From contig OZ024754.1 in assembly GCA_964016885.1 (NCBI GenBank), positions 37,820,001 to 37,884,000 of the forward strand: a DNA stretch of 64,000 nt, in the 5' to 3' direction. The notes under the pieces were generated by a model. The model searched no databases. It saw nothing but the letters and a program-made list of their open reading frames with translations, and had not been told where the DNA came from. This document shows positions 50,490 to 64,000 of the stretch, in pieces. The position numbers and the translations under genes were made by a program. This DNA comes from Eledone cirrhosa. Its lineage: Eukaryota. Each line of letters starts with the position of its first letter. Positions within the stretch are counted from its first letter, which is position 1.

Positions 50490-51223
50490 CATAATCGGAG
50501 AAAGCTAATAGCGATACTCCGGCCAAATTCCAACTCACTCAACAAACATTAGGAAATACCTGAGTATATTCCTAATTAACTAATTAAACGTTCGGGGTGC
50601 AAACTAATTGTATTGTGTGGAAAATTGGCTGTATCATTTCATATGAGATATATCAAATACATCTCTTCCCAGACGGACATCTCGTTTCACTATAAGATTT
50701 CTAAAAGTTGGGTGAAATTATACCAATTTATGTAGAAGCTGATCAACAGATACTTATTCAAGTGGGCTCTTATAATTCTTCAGTGAGTGCCCAATAATAT
50801 TAATATTGATAACCAAATCAACATCAATATTTAGCGATAATCACCATCAATGCTTGAGGGAGCTGCTAGGTTGTTAGTCCAGCAGTTCTAAAGAAAATCT
50901 CACACTGTCTCGAAAATAGGAGGAAGGAGATTACCGCCAAAAAACAATACATGCGCAGGTCAATGAATTCTGAAAAGAATTCAAGCCACGTGCTAGAACT
51001 CAATTGGATATGAAAAAATAACCATATGTGCGCATCGCTTGATGACACACATAGATATTTTCTCGGGCAAAATAACAGAATGAGATACAAGAACAAACAA
51101 TCAATATTCATATAAAAAAAATAAACAAAGAGAGTCATACCTTATATCGGGAAAGTTCATATCTGTTGCTCTAAGAGTAAATATATAAATACATAATCGG
51201 AGAAAGCTAATAACGATACTCCG

Positions 51224-51277
<54 letters not shown>

Positions 51278-52006
51278 GTGTTTAACGTCTATCTTCCACG
51301 CTAGCATGGGTTACACGGGAATAGTCCCACTTGAGGCAAGATTGGTCGGGTGACCGTGTCTTGCTCGTATAGGACTATCTAGCTTGTTTTTACGGCTGGA
51401 TGCCCTTCCTCACACAAACCACATTTGCAGTGTGGACTGGGAGCCTTTTTACCGTGTTTCCTACACGGCCACATTACAGCTTGGACTGGGTGCTTTTTGT
51501 CGTGACACCTACACGACCTCTTTAGTTTGGACTGGATGTTATGGTACCAACATAACTTTACAGAGAAAGGGTGTTGTTGGTGGGAGTGGGAGGATGGAGT
51601 CCTACTGACTGTAGATTAACTTTGCACGTATATATTATCATCATCATCATCATCATCAGTAACGTCTATCCTCCGCACTAGCATGGGTTGGACGGGTTTG
51701 TCCCACTTGAGGCAAGATTGTTCAATTAAATATACTTAGAATCAGCCGACTTTTATATAACAGATGTCAAGCACTCAACGGCATTTGTTCATCTGGAGTT
51801 TTGTTATAATAATAATAACAAAAAAGACAGTTACTTTAGTCCATCCCTATTTATTTTACTATACGTATTTCGAATATGTATGGCTTGTGTACAACATGTT
51901 CTCTTCAGATAAAATCCACAGAAGATTTATGTTATACATATGCCATACATCTTCGAAATACGTATAGCAAAATAAATAGGGATGGACTAAAGTAACTGTC
52001 CTTTTT

Positions 52007-52162
<156 letters not shown>

Positions 52163-52386
52163 TTCAAGGAGATAACAAACATATATATATATATATATTA
52201 CTACTAAAACTCTGTGATTGCTTGCTTGTCTGTAATGTAATACAGCCAAAAAGGCGCATAATGGGAAAATACTTTTGAAGAAAGTTGCCCCTGAAATAGG
52301 AATACAAATGGAATAAAACAAGTTTCACGTAAATCGGAGCACGGGTTCCCGAGATATGGAGAGAGGGAGAGGAGACAGAGAAGGAG

Positions 52387-52463
<77 letters not shown>

Positions 52464-52954
52464 TGGTGGTGTTGTGAATATATATATGTGTGTGTATATG
52501 TGTGTGTGTGTGTGTCTATGACCAGTGTATATAGATCACAGACACACATATATACACACACATACATGTATATATATATGTATACACAGACACACACACA
52601 CATATATATAATACACGCAGGTATATATATGGGCCTTCCAGTTTCATTTTACATTATATACATGTCTGTGTATATTTTAATTATTTAAAAATTATTTTTA
52701 AGTGAACATGATTTTTAAAAAATATTCTGAACCAAGCGTGACCCAACAGGTCACGTGTAGTCTAGTATCTATTATTCTCTCTGTTATTCACCAACTCTCC
52801 AAATACCACTGGTATTTTATCAAGTTACCTCTTCAATTTCCCCTCTCTATTGAAGAGCTCTATACATCCACTTCCCATTCCCGCCCCTGACATTATTTCA
52901 CACTTGTGTTCTTTCTTCCTCTCTCACATTTGTTTTTTGTTTTATCTTTTTTAG

Positions 52955-53804
52955 GTGCAACGTTTGACAGCTTTATGGATAACAGATATGTTAGCTTTGG
53001 AATCCTTTCTGAGCATTTTTACAATATTTGTAATACATTCACTGAGCGAAGTATATGGTCGCAAATTCGGCATGCTGGTGTCTTCGACCGGCACTATCAT
53101 GAAAATCGTTTTAAGTGCAGTGACGATCTACTATACACTTCCATTGGAGGTCTTATTTGTAGCCAGCGCTATTAATGGCATCACTGGTGGACCTGCGAGC
53201 TTTATCACTTGTGCTGTGTCACAGATTACCGATACGTACCCGCACAAAGATAAGAGCTGCCGTAAATTTATAAGAGCTCAAAATCTTTCATTTGGAATAG
53301 CCGGCCTTTTTACAATTTATTTCGGCTTAATCATAGAAATCTTTGGCTATTTCTCCGCTTGCGTATTTTTGCTCCCTTTAGCTGTTCTCAATATAGTCAT
53401 CATTCTACACCTTCCAGATAACTCCACACAGAAGGAAGTCGATTGGAACTTTTCTAAAATTAAAACGTCATTTATAAAGATATGGAACGTAATGACTATT
53501 AGGAAACGGTTGTTGTTGTTCTTATTCATATCAGCCTCACCCATTAGTTATATGCCTCTTGGAGGACAGACTTTCTATACCACACAATTACTTATTAACA
53601 TACCATTTTGCACCAGCATTTTCTTCACCGGATTTACTTTGGCTATTTCCACTTTCACTTTTTTAACACCAAATTACTACTCATACCGACTGAATAAACC
53701 AGGTTTTTCTGTCAATACTATAATTGCTGGAAATCTGTTTGTCGGATACCTTAGCAGTCTCATCATTACAATAGCAGAAAAAAGAAATACATATTATGAT
53801 GCAG
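52955..53804 (+). CDS. SLC46A1-like: SLC46-family MFS transporter, large 850-nt exon (about TM2-TM9)
   Basis: Strong polypyrimidine acceptor; VQRLTALW..SEVYGRK (MFS motif A-like)..GITGG..ITD; multiple TM segments; phase-1 donor CAG|GTATAA. Confidence 0.9.
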
Positions 53805-54947
53805 GTATAACTTTTTTTATTTCTTTTCTTTTCTTTTTCTTTTCTTGCGTTTCTTTATCATACATTTGTAATTACTTGGCAACTGTTGCAGAAGGAATTT
53901 ATTTATTTATTTACTCGATTTAAACGTCCGTATAGAGCCAGTAAGCCACGACAGACTCGGGGAAGTATCGAGTACTCCTTACAAAGAGCTGGTGAGACAA
54001 GTAATAAAAAAAAAAGAAAATATAAAAAAGGAAAGAAAATAAAATTAAAATAAACAAAGAAAGGGGGAAAAATGAAATAACAAAAATAAAATTTGAAATA
54101 TTGAAGGAGGTCAATATGAGGTAGATTATGAAAAGGAAAAGAGGAAACAGGGGAAGCTGTAAAACATCTAGAAGTTTCTCTTGTTGAATCTTTTCCTAGC
54201 TTCCACGAACTCAAAGATTTTGTTTATATTTGGTAGACCTGAAATCAAATATTGAACTTCCAACATTGATATTGTATTTGGTAGCTTTCCTAAAACACAA
54301 TAATCCATATAGTCGGCACTCCACTCCACTTCACTTCGTGTTCGGAGAATGAGATACACTTCTTTTTTTTAATAGGACTTCATCTGCCACAGTTAGCTTT
54401 TCAGTGAGAGGTATTGAACTTTACCTTACAAGCCAATGAACCTCAGTGTTTCAATTACTTGCTACATTGAACCCATTTTAAATGTATTGGTTTAGTATGG
54501 AGGAAGGGACTGTAACCCTGGTATTAGCATATACTCTGAGACGGGTGAGATCGACGTCACTTATATCTCTCTTAATGACGACTGCAGGAAAATCCTGTGC
54601 ACGGAAATAATTCCAAAAGGAGAGTATACTGAGGAGAAAGGACTGGTTCGGATCCTAACGGATGGGCTGGACTGAATATAGGTGTCTAAAAGAGGAGAGA
54701 CGATTAAGTCTGTTGTGCCTGAGTGAAAGTGGTATGAGACGAGCCAGAACCTAGTAACAAAGCCTACTATAGTAACAGTAGAAAGGACAGAGCCAAAAGA
54801 CAGTGCATTTGTGAATCAGACGCTGAATTGTCATGATGAACGACTTCCCGCTAATCTGTCGAGTGTTCATTCATTGGTCATGGTCTAAGACGATGTCTGT
54901 AGAATATTTTCTGTCTCTGTAGACAAAGTTCGGTCTTTCTAATATAT

Positions 54948-55564
<617 letters not shown>

Positions 55565-55835
55565 TAAATATAGTTTGCCTGTCTCGATTTAAAATAATAA
55601 ATCAATAAAAACAAATCCATATTGGATTGATTTATTATTTTAAATCGAGACAGACAAACTATATTTATTTGAATTAGTTTATTTCATTCTAGCTAACTTG
55701 GTCATTTTCAATGCAAACACTTCGGTGTTTATCATATATTAATTTATATTAACTTGTATTTCACGGCTCAGAAATGCTTCTTTCTTTGAGCTAATTAATT
55801 GTAAAGGACTGTTTGAGTTTATAACTCTAAATATA

Positions 55836-55890
<55 letters not shown>

Positions 55891-55976
55891 TTATTAAAAT
55901 AACAGATTAAAGTTTAAGCAAAGAATCGCTGCTTTCACCCTTAACGGGATCTTCTGAAAACTCATTTAATTTTTAT

Positions 55977-56080
<104 letters not shown>

Positions 56081-56102
56081 AGAGAGACAGAGAGAGAGAG
56101 AG

Positions 56103-56141
<39 letters not shown>

Positions 56142-56393
56142 ATATTAATAAATGGAAACTATATTTATAAAAACCATAATTATTTTATTATACATATTTC
56201 AAGGGCGACCAAGGTAAATTATGGTGCGCTTTCATCAGATAAAATACAGATTTGTTTTATAAATAAATATTGACATACCCGGAAAAAAGACAACTTCAAC
56301 GGTTGAATTTCGCTGGATAGTTGAATCCCAACAAATTAAATATAACCTCTGCATATATATATATATTTTTTATTTTTTTTATTTTATAGAAGG

Positions 56394-56491
56394 AGCTTCT
56401 ACAGGACTAGTACTGTTTCATTCAGATGAAATCTTCAGGAAGCTTCCTGAAGATTTCATCTGAATGAAACAGTACTAGTCCTGTAGAAGCT
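56394..56491. ncRNA. Two back-to-back type I hammerhead ribozymes (56441-56491 +, 56394-56444 -) in a perfect palindrome
   Basis: agcttc-CTGAAGA-tttcatctgaat-GAAAcag tactagtc ct-GTA-gaagct on both strands. Axis in gaagcttc (56439-56446). Confidence 0.75.
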
Positions 56492-56577
56492 CCTTCTATA
56501 AAATAAAAAAATTTTACTCTGCCATGTATTGAGTACCTTACTTACTGTGGTTATCCCCGACTCAACCCGGGACCTAC

Positions 56578-56623
<46 letters not shown>

Positions 56624-56654
56624 CATGAATGTCTATATTTATTAATATCTTGAA

Positions 56655-56728
<74 letters not shown>

Positions 56729-56898
56729 TTCAAGATATTAATAAATATAGACATTCATGTAATCAAATATATTTTATTATATGTATTTCGGAAGTACTGT
56801 GCTGTTTCCTCAGTACGTCCTCATCAGATAAAATATATAAATTGATGTATGACATACCTCAACTGTGCTGATTGTTCAATTCCAGTCTTGGATATCTG

Positions 56899-56940
<42 letters not shown>

Positions 56941-56942
<2 letters not shown>

Positions 56943-57815
56943 CAGTTGACCACCGAGTTCATTGTCATGATTAAACCGCCACCCTCCTTCATAAAAGGAA
57001 GGAGAGGCGGTTTTCCTTTGTGTGATAGCTATGGCGAAAGAGGTTGTATGGTGGACAAGGTTGAAAGGGCTGAGGTCAGACACCTTTCTCTCCGGCCAAC
57101 AACTGATTCTTTTTTTCAAATACCACTTTGGAAGAAGAATCAGGATGGAGAGAGAGGTGCTGTACCCCAGCAAGTTTTATGAAAGGTGGGTGAAAGTGGC
57201 GAGAATGGCCCGAGTGAATGAGCCTTCTCTCTATATCAGCCTGTAGGTTGAGGAAAAGGAGGAGGAGAGGAAAGGAGTACAAGCTCTTCGTACTCCTGGA
57301 GATGAGGGTTGCACATTTTTTTTCGGGGGTATGTGTTACCCATATAAACTGTCTCCCTCTATTGGGGAAAATCGACTAACTTTTAAATTCCATCTGTGAT
57401 AACATTTTACACGTTTTTATTGTATGTAAACTTCCCCCTTTGTATTTGTCCCCTTCTTTTGTGCCCCTGTGGCTAATAAAGAAATATATCTATCTATCTA
57501 TATATCTATCTACTGAAAGGTGGGTGAATGAAGCGAAAATGGCCCGAGTGATTGGGCCTTCTCTGTTTATAAGCCTGTAGGTTGAGGAAGAGAGCAAAAG
57601 GAAGAAAGGATCACTTGCACAACACGCTCCTTGAGTTGAGGGTTGTTCTATCGACGGGGTATTAAACAACCCATTTGTGGCGCCTCCCCCCTATTGGGGA
57701 TTTCGATTGTTGAAATTGTTTGTTTTTATATTTTTTACACGACTGTATGTAAAATCCCCGGCATGTCTTTGTATTGTCCCCTTTCTTGTTGCGCCCTTGT
57801 GGCTAATAAAGAAAT
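56941..57815 (+). mobile_element. Two tandem Tx1-like LINE 3' fragments in (TCTA)n (56941-57485, 57513-57815)
   Basis: AMAKEVVWWTRLKG..KFYERWVKVARMARVN. Both end tgtggctaataaagaaat and abut TCTA repeats at both junctions. Confidence 0.78.
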
Positions 57816-58210
57816 CTATCTATATATCTATCTATATATATATATAATATTTGTATTGATGTTTTAGTTATAATATTAATGATAGTAGTTATACTGATTT
57901 ACAGGCTGGTATATAGCTTAATGCAGTGGTGGGGGGGGGGGGGGTCACGCAGAGCTGTAATATATTAAAACTTAAACAACACCAAAGATTTAAACATGTT
58001 TAAACTGACAGCCGTTTCTGCCTGTACAAAGCCCCGTATTTCATCAGAGTTTATTAAAACGCTTAATAGTAATTCGCACAGAAAATATTAGGAACATCTA
58101 ATAGATAAAATCACTTCACAAAATGCAAAAGTTTCAAAAATTATTAGATGTTCCTAATGCTTTTCTGTGTGAATTACTATTAAGTGTTTTAATAAACTGG
58201 GTTTATATAC

Positions 58211-58288
58211 TGGGTGTCCCAAAAATGTATACATACTTTAACAGCATTCTAATCAAAGTGTGTATACATTTTGGGGGGACACCCTCTG
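58211..58288. mobile_element. Tiny Tc1/mariner-like MITE remnant
   Basis: gggtgtcccaaaaatgtataca ... tgtatacattttggggggacaccc inverted ends after TA. Confidence 0.5.
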
Positions 58289-58353
58289 TGTGTGTGCGTC
58301 TGTGCTTACGTATTTTATCTTTCAATTTCTCTCATTTTTACTAACCTATCTAG

Positions 58354-58437
58354 TTTTGGTCAACAACAACGCTGTCTTTCTGATATTGTATCTGACCATC
58401 AGAACCATGTTACCTTCTCTTGAAATTAAATTGCACG
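58354..58437 (+). CDS. SLC46A1-like: SLC46-family transporter, 84-nt phase 1-1 exon
   Basis: ctaac branch + tag acceptor; (V)LVNNNAVFLILYLTIRTMLPSLEIKLH(G); donor ACG|GTAAAG. Size and phase match the 84-nt third exon of human SLC46A1. Confidence 0.8.
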
Positions 58438-59184
58438 GTAAAGTTATCTTTATGAAAAATCTGAATCACTTGCTCCACATCTCTCTCACTCACTCACTCA
58501 CTCACTCACTCACTCACTCACTCACTCACTCACTCACTCACTCACTCTCTCACTCACTCACTCACTCACTCACTCTCTCCCCTCGCCCCCTCTCTCTCGC
58601 TTAGTCACTCTCTCACTTTTTTTGTCTAATGTTCTTTCACTGACTGCGTACATGCACATATACGTATCTGATATTTTGTTAAGTTTGTGTCTAAATCTAA
58701 CCTTGGAGAGACATGCTACCTCCTCCTTCAAGCGAATGCTTACATGAGTGAACTCTACTAAAAGTATCCAAGAAGTCCAGTTAGGGAGTGTTCACACGGG
58801 GACACTGGATTAATAGTCTGGAAACATTATAAATTTACATTCTGTCCCCTATTTTAGTGGTCTTCAATCTTTTTTATACCACGGGCCGGCTTGATGCCAG
58901 ACTCTCTTTCCGTGGTCGGTCCAGTAGTTGCTCATATGTGTTATTTAAGTACATTTCGATAAAGAGAGCAATAATAAAAACAGAAATTTATTAAAGTAGA
59001 TGATTATTGAATATTTAAACAAATCTTTTTAAATTAAAGTCCAATATTCAATTTATCTATTATATAATATATAATTTTAAACAAGTTAATTATTTCTTTG
59101 TGGCCCGGTAGCAAATGATCTGTGACCTGGTGGTTCCCCTATTTTACATAAGTTATATGTTTCTTTTGTCTCTTTATTCTTTAG

Positions 59185-59341
59185 GTTATCTCTATGCCTT
59201 GTTGTTCACTATGAATTCATTTGGTACAACACTAATGTTACCTCTACTCAATACGATATATTTGAAAACATTCACATACTTTCCTGGTGCTGTATTTTGC
59301 CCCTATGCCGCAATCCTTTTTATTGCTACAGTCACTCAAAT
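59185..59341 (+). CDS. SLC46A1-like: SLC46-family transporter, 157-nt exon (TM11-12)
   Basis: ttctttag acceptor; (G)YLYALLF..LLNTIYLKT..FPGAVF; donor AT|GTAAGT. The terminal exon was not located. Confidence 0.88.
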
Positions 59342-59392
59342 GTAAGTAGACAATTCTTTTATTATTATTATTATTATTATTGTTATTGTTAT

Positions 59393-60844
59393 TCCTTGAA
59401 TCTCAGTCATTGATGTTGGTTAACTGGAAAGTCCGTTGGATTGAATATCAAGCCACTACCTGCAGCCTCAGATATTCAGGACGTATCGGAGGGTTCTTGC
59501 CGTTCCAAGCAAGCATGCCTTTTGAAGCGTTCCAAAAAGCGTGAAGGGGCCGATTTTCTTTAACCATCCCTGGAAACCTTTGGAGATAGTCCCCAGTGCG
59601 CCTATGACAATCGGGATCACTTTGACTTCATGGCAGTTCCAAATCCTTTTCACCTCCCACTTTAGGTCCTGGTATCGGTTAATTTTCTCCCTCTCCTTCT
59701 CTTGCACTCTCGTGTCGAACGGGCAGGCCACATCCACAATCAGGCACGATCTTTTTTCTTTGTCCACAACCACCAGGTCAGGTCTATTGTGTTCCAGTTT
59801 TTTGTCCGTCTGTATCCTAAAATCCCACAGCACCTTCACCTGACTGTTCTCCATCACCGCCTCTGGCCTATGCTCATACCATTTCTCAGAATGTGGTAGA
59901 TTGTTTACTTTGCACAGGTGCCAGTGGATCACCCTGCCCATCACATCGTGTCTCCAGCCCTTATAGTGGGTCTGGGCTAGGTGTTTTCACTCGGACACAA
60001 TGTGAGCCACAGTCTCCTCTCTCTCTCCACAGATCCTGCACAGTGGGCTAGCCTCCTCCTTGTAGATATGGTGCTTCAACCACTTCGTTTTGAGGGCCTG
60101 CTCCTGCGCAGCCATTAGCATTCCTTCTGTAGCCTTTTTGAGGTCTCCTCTTCTCAACCAGTTCCATGTCTGTGGATCTCTAAATTCAGTTTTCTCAAAG
60201 AAGGTACTATGAAGGGATTTTCCCTTAAGGCTGCTCTTCCTCCTTGATGTTATTTCCTCCTTGGGTATCCCCTGGCCTACTGTCGCCTCCTTCAGTACAG
60301 CTCTGAGCATTGGCTCCTTACTATAGGTCACGTATTTGTATAGGTTGTTTTTCTCCATCTGAACACAGTCCTCTATGCTGATAAGACCTCTTCCACCCTC
60401 AGATCTCCTTAGGTAGAGTCTATCGACATCACTCCTCTTGTGGAACATGTTGTAGATAGTCAATAGCTTCCTAGTCTTCCTATCCATTTCTTTTTGTTCA
60501 GCAACATTCCATCTCAGAATTCCCGCACTGTACCTAATAATAGACACAGCTCGGGAATTTACTGCGCTTATGGCATTTCTGCTGTTCAGATGTGACTTCA
60601 ATACGCTCCTTACTCTCCGAATGTATTCAGTTCTTAACAATTCCTTCATTTTTTTGTTCTTTATGCCATCAGCCTCCAGAACGCCCAAATACTTGTATCC
60701 TTCCTCAGAGTCAATTTCCTTTATCATCTCACCTGTTGGTATCTGGATCCCGTTACTTCTGCTCAACCTACCCCTCCTCATCACAATGACTCCACATTTA
60801 CCAATACCAAACTGCATACATATATCACTGCTGAAAATACGGAC

Positions 60845-60846
<2 letters not shown>
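59393..60846 (-). mobile_element. 5'-truncated Dong/R4-clade LINE inserted in (TAA)n
   Basis: MQFGIGKC, YKYLG, RLYL.R.EGGRGL, CRIC..HIVSE, RHD, RPDLVV..VDVACP..EKINRY. One frameshift near 59985. TAA repeats on both sides. Confidence 0.92.
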
Positions 60847-60887
<41 letters not shown>

Positions 60888-62050
60888 TCTTAGTGTAGTG
60901 CCGATCGCCTCGATGTGTGGTGACAGGAGCAATCATCAACCAGGAAAAGTCAGTGGACCTGCAGCTCGGCACCTGAAGAGGCAGGTCCATGCCGTCCAAC
61001 AGCGTCGTCGGGCGCTGGACGGACGGACCGGTTAAATTGCTAGGGGCCTGGTTCGGTCTGTACCTCCAGACGGACAAAAACTGGGACGAGGTGACGAGGG
61101 ACGGGGTGACAGAAATGGGCGGAGAAGCTATCCCTGAAAGGTCGAGCGGGGGTGGCTAACGCGTACATCGCGTCCGTCATCTTCTACCGCCTGATCGTCG
61201 TACCTTGTCCTAAGCCCCGCCTGACTGCGCTGGGGAAACTAGACGAAAATCAACTAGCCAATCTCTTCGGAAGAACTTTCGGGCTGGGGCCTATGGACAA
61301 CTTCCAGAAATCCCTGGCCTGGCAGTGCTACCGAGGAGCTTTGCCAGTTCGGGATAAACTCTACAGGCATGGAGGTGCCGTCAGCCGGGCATGTCCGAGA
61401 TGCGCGCAGGGCGACGAAACCGTCCTGCACGCGCTCGTCCAGTGTCCAAGCATTGCTGACTTGTCGGTTTATATCGAACACCTGCTGTCGCGTGTAGGAC
61501 GGATCCAGCTATCAGCTGAGTCCATCGTGAGGATTGCCCTGCCCTCTTCCTTTAGCCGGGAAGGGCAGGCAGTTTTTATCTGTCTGGTGGCCATGGCGAA
61601 AGAGATAGTATGGTGGACACGTTTGAAAGGCTGAAGACGAGCACTTACATCTTCGGTGATGCCCTGATTAACTTTTTCAAATTTCCTTTGAAAAGGAAAA
61701 TCAGGGTAGAGAGGGAAGTGTTCTCTTCCCAGCATTTTGTTGAAAGATAGGTGAGAGAGGCAAGAATGGCCCGAGTGAATGGGCCTACTCTGAGTATGTG
61801 TCTGTAAATTAAAGGTGGAAAACTGGGAGAGGGCACTTGCCCTGGTGGTCAGGGTCACTGTGGCTTTTTAATGGGCTTTCTCCACGAATGTCCCTCGGAA
61901 GTCTTCCCCCGTATTGGGGAATTTTCATTTGTTATTTTTTTGTTACATCCTGTTTTTTTGGGTTTTTTTACACGAAGAAATGCCCATTTGTACCGTCCTG
62001 TATTGTCCTTAATGTCTACTTTATGTAAACCCTTGTGGTTAATAAAGAAA
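60888..62050 (+). mobile_element. Internally deleted Tx1/L1-like LINE fragment in (TAT)n
   Basis: VKLLGAWF, LAWQCYRGALPVRDKL..CPRC..ETVLHALVQCP. 3'UTR ends cccttgtggttaataaagaaa. Confidence 0.82.
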
Positions 62051-62173
62051 GTATTATTATTAATATTATTATTATTATTCTCTACATTCCTTACATCAAA
62101 CTAAAATATGTTGACAATCTTTTAATAATGTCTTCCTTGTGAAATCTGTGGTCTTGTTTTGCTTAACTAATGA

Positions 62174-62317
<144 letters not shown>

Positions 62318-62324
62318 ATATATA

Positions 62325-63360
62325 TTTTTGTCACATCGCCAGTCTGAAGAGCAGATTGATAATGGAGACGAGTCCATAACTCCTAAGGAAGACCTTGAGC
62401 CAATCTTCTGTGATACGCGCATAACAGGTCGATATCATCATCATCATCGTTTAACCTCTATCTTCCACGTTAGTATGGGTTAAACAGGTTTGTCCTATTT
62501 GAGGCAAGTTGGGTCGGGTGACCGTGTCTCGCTCGTATAGGACTGTTTCTAACTGGTTTTCTACGGCTGGATGCCCTTCCTAACGCCAAACACATTTATA
62601 GAGTGTTTGGGTGCTTTTTGCGTGTCTCCTACACGACCACTATACAGAGTGGACTAGGTGATTTTTGTCGTGACACCTACACGCCATTTTACAGTGTGGG
62701 CTGGATGTTTTGTGGTACCAACATGGTACGACAATCAGCGATACCAGAGTGTCATGTTCGTGGATGCTACCCCTGGAGGGAAATTAGCTAAGCAATGTAG
62801 AAAGGCCCTAACAAAGACCCATCTAAAGATTAAAGTTGTAGAAAAGCTAGGAACTACCAGAAAATCCCTGATCAGCAAGACACATCCCCTTTAAGAAAAC
62901 CCACTGTACGAATAAGAAATGTGTTATATGTAAAATGAATCCCCAGATAAATTGTGTGTTTGTCACATCGCCAGTCTGAAGAGCAGATTGATAATGGAGG
63001 CGAGTCTATAACTCCTAAGGATGACCTTGAGCCAATCTTCTGTGAAACGCGCATAACAGGTCGATATCATCATCATCATCGTTTAACCTCTATCTTCCAC
63101 GCAATCATGGGTTAGAAAGGTTTGTCCCATTTGAGGCAAGTTAGTCGAGTGACCGTGTATCGCTCGTACAGGACTGTTTCTAACTGGTTTTCTACGGCTG
63201 GATGCCCTTCCTAACGACAACCACATTTACAGAGTGTGCTGGGTGCTTTTTGCCGTGTCTCCTACACGACCACTATACAGTGTGGACTGGGTGCTTTTTT
63301 TCGTGACACTTACGCACCACTTTACAATGTGGGCTGGATGTTTTGTGGTACCACCATAAC
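62325..63360. repeat. ~400-bp duplicated composite (62325-62725 / ~62958-63355) around a Penelope-like coding scrap (62735-62894)
   Basis: Direct repeat is visible. SVMFVDATPGGKLAK..KIKVVEKLG resembles a PLE thumb/linker. Confidence 0.65.
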
Positions 63361-63422
63361 TACAATAAAAATCGGATACATGTAAACAAAACTTCCTCGC
63401 TTTTTCTAATATATATATTAAT

Positions 63423-63670
63423 AGTTAGAGCATTGGGCTTGCAATTGAAAGGTTGTGAGTTTGATTCTCGGACTAGGTGATGCGTTATGTCCTTGAGCAA
63501 GACACTTTATTTCACGTTGCTGCAGTTTACTCAGCTGTAGAAATGAGTTACGACGTCACTGGTGCAAAGCTGTATCGTCCATAGCCTTCCCTTGGACATC
63601 ATCGATGACATGGAGAGAGGAGGCTGGTATGCATGAGCGACTGCTGGTCTTCCACAAAACAAACCTTGCC
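63423..63670 (+). mobile_element. tRNA-derived CORE-like SINE family B
   Basis: B-box-like gagtttgattctc, CORE-like tgtccttgagcaagacacttta and actcagctgtagaaatgagt. Confidence 0.7.
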
Positions 63671-63811
63671 CATTCGTGACCGAAGGGGATTTCGATATAT
63701 ATATATATTGTCATACTGCCAATAAAAATACACGCACCTGTTTGTTTTCACTTCAATTTATTACAAATTTCCGGTTGGTTGGTTTGATAACCAGATGGTT
63801 GTTTATATAGT

Positions 63812-63854
63812 GTCAAAGCTCTTTCGTCACACATTCTGTGACCTCCTCAGTGAC
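63812..63854 (-). ncRNA. Minimal hammerhead-like motif
   Basis: gtca-CTGAGGA-ggtcac..gtgac-GAAAGAG-CTT-tgac on minus. Confidence 0.5.
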
Positions 63855-64000
63855 TGCGTTTTTATTTTGTGTCTCTCCTTTGTTCTGTCCTACACCATCT
63901 TGTTTTGTGTGTTGTGTGCTTAGTTTGCGCGCGTTTTTTTAATTTATGTGTTTATTTACTTGTCAATAGTTGGTTGTTTGTTCTATCTAAGTGTGTCTGA

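Noticed and set aside
53805-53923. C-terminal extension of the 322-aa ORF
   Set aside because: Read-through past the donor at 53805 into a T-rich intron. The homologous sequence continues at 58354.

Overview
AT-rich, microsatellite-saturated animal genomic DNA. The SINE/LINE content looks molluscan, most likely octopus, though that is inference. Most ORFs in the track are simple-repeat artefacts. Four things dominate. (1) An inverted duplication of at least 13.7 kb (1-5947 / 7791-13734) made only of repeats. (2) A 10.4-kb array (23.0-33.5 kb) of 29 units separated by (CATA)n. Each unit has near-invariant flanks around a variable AG...GT segment of 51/75/78/126/129 nt. Every segment is a multiple of 3, stop-free and phase 1-1, and differences are mostly non-synonymous, so this is a candidate hypervariable micro-exon array. 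Its last unit runs into the N-terminus of an R4/Dong-like LINE ORF, and a young (CATA)n-inserted LINE of that class sits inside the array. (3) A divergent SLC46 (PCFT-like) MFS transporter gene on + (exons 43746-43984, 52955-53804, 58354-58437, 59185-59341). Its first visible acceptor would join the micro-exons in frame. (4) Many retroelements (RTE, Tx1, Vingi-like, Dong/R4, Penelope), SINEs, Helitrons, MITEs and several hammerhead-ribozyme-bearing mini-elements, one of them a perfect double-hammerhead palindrome. No transcript evidence is available, so all splice models are predictions read by eye.
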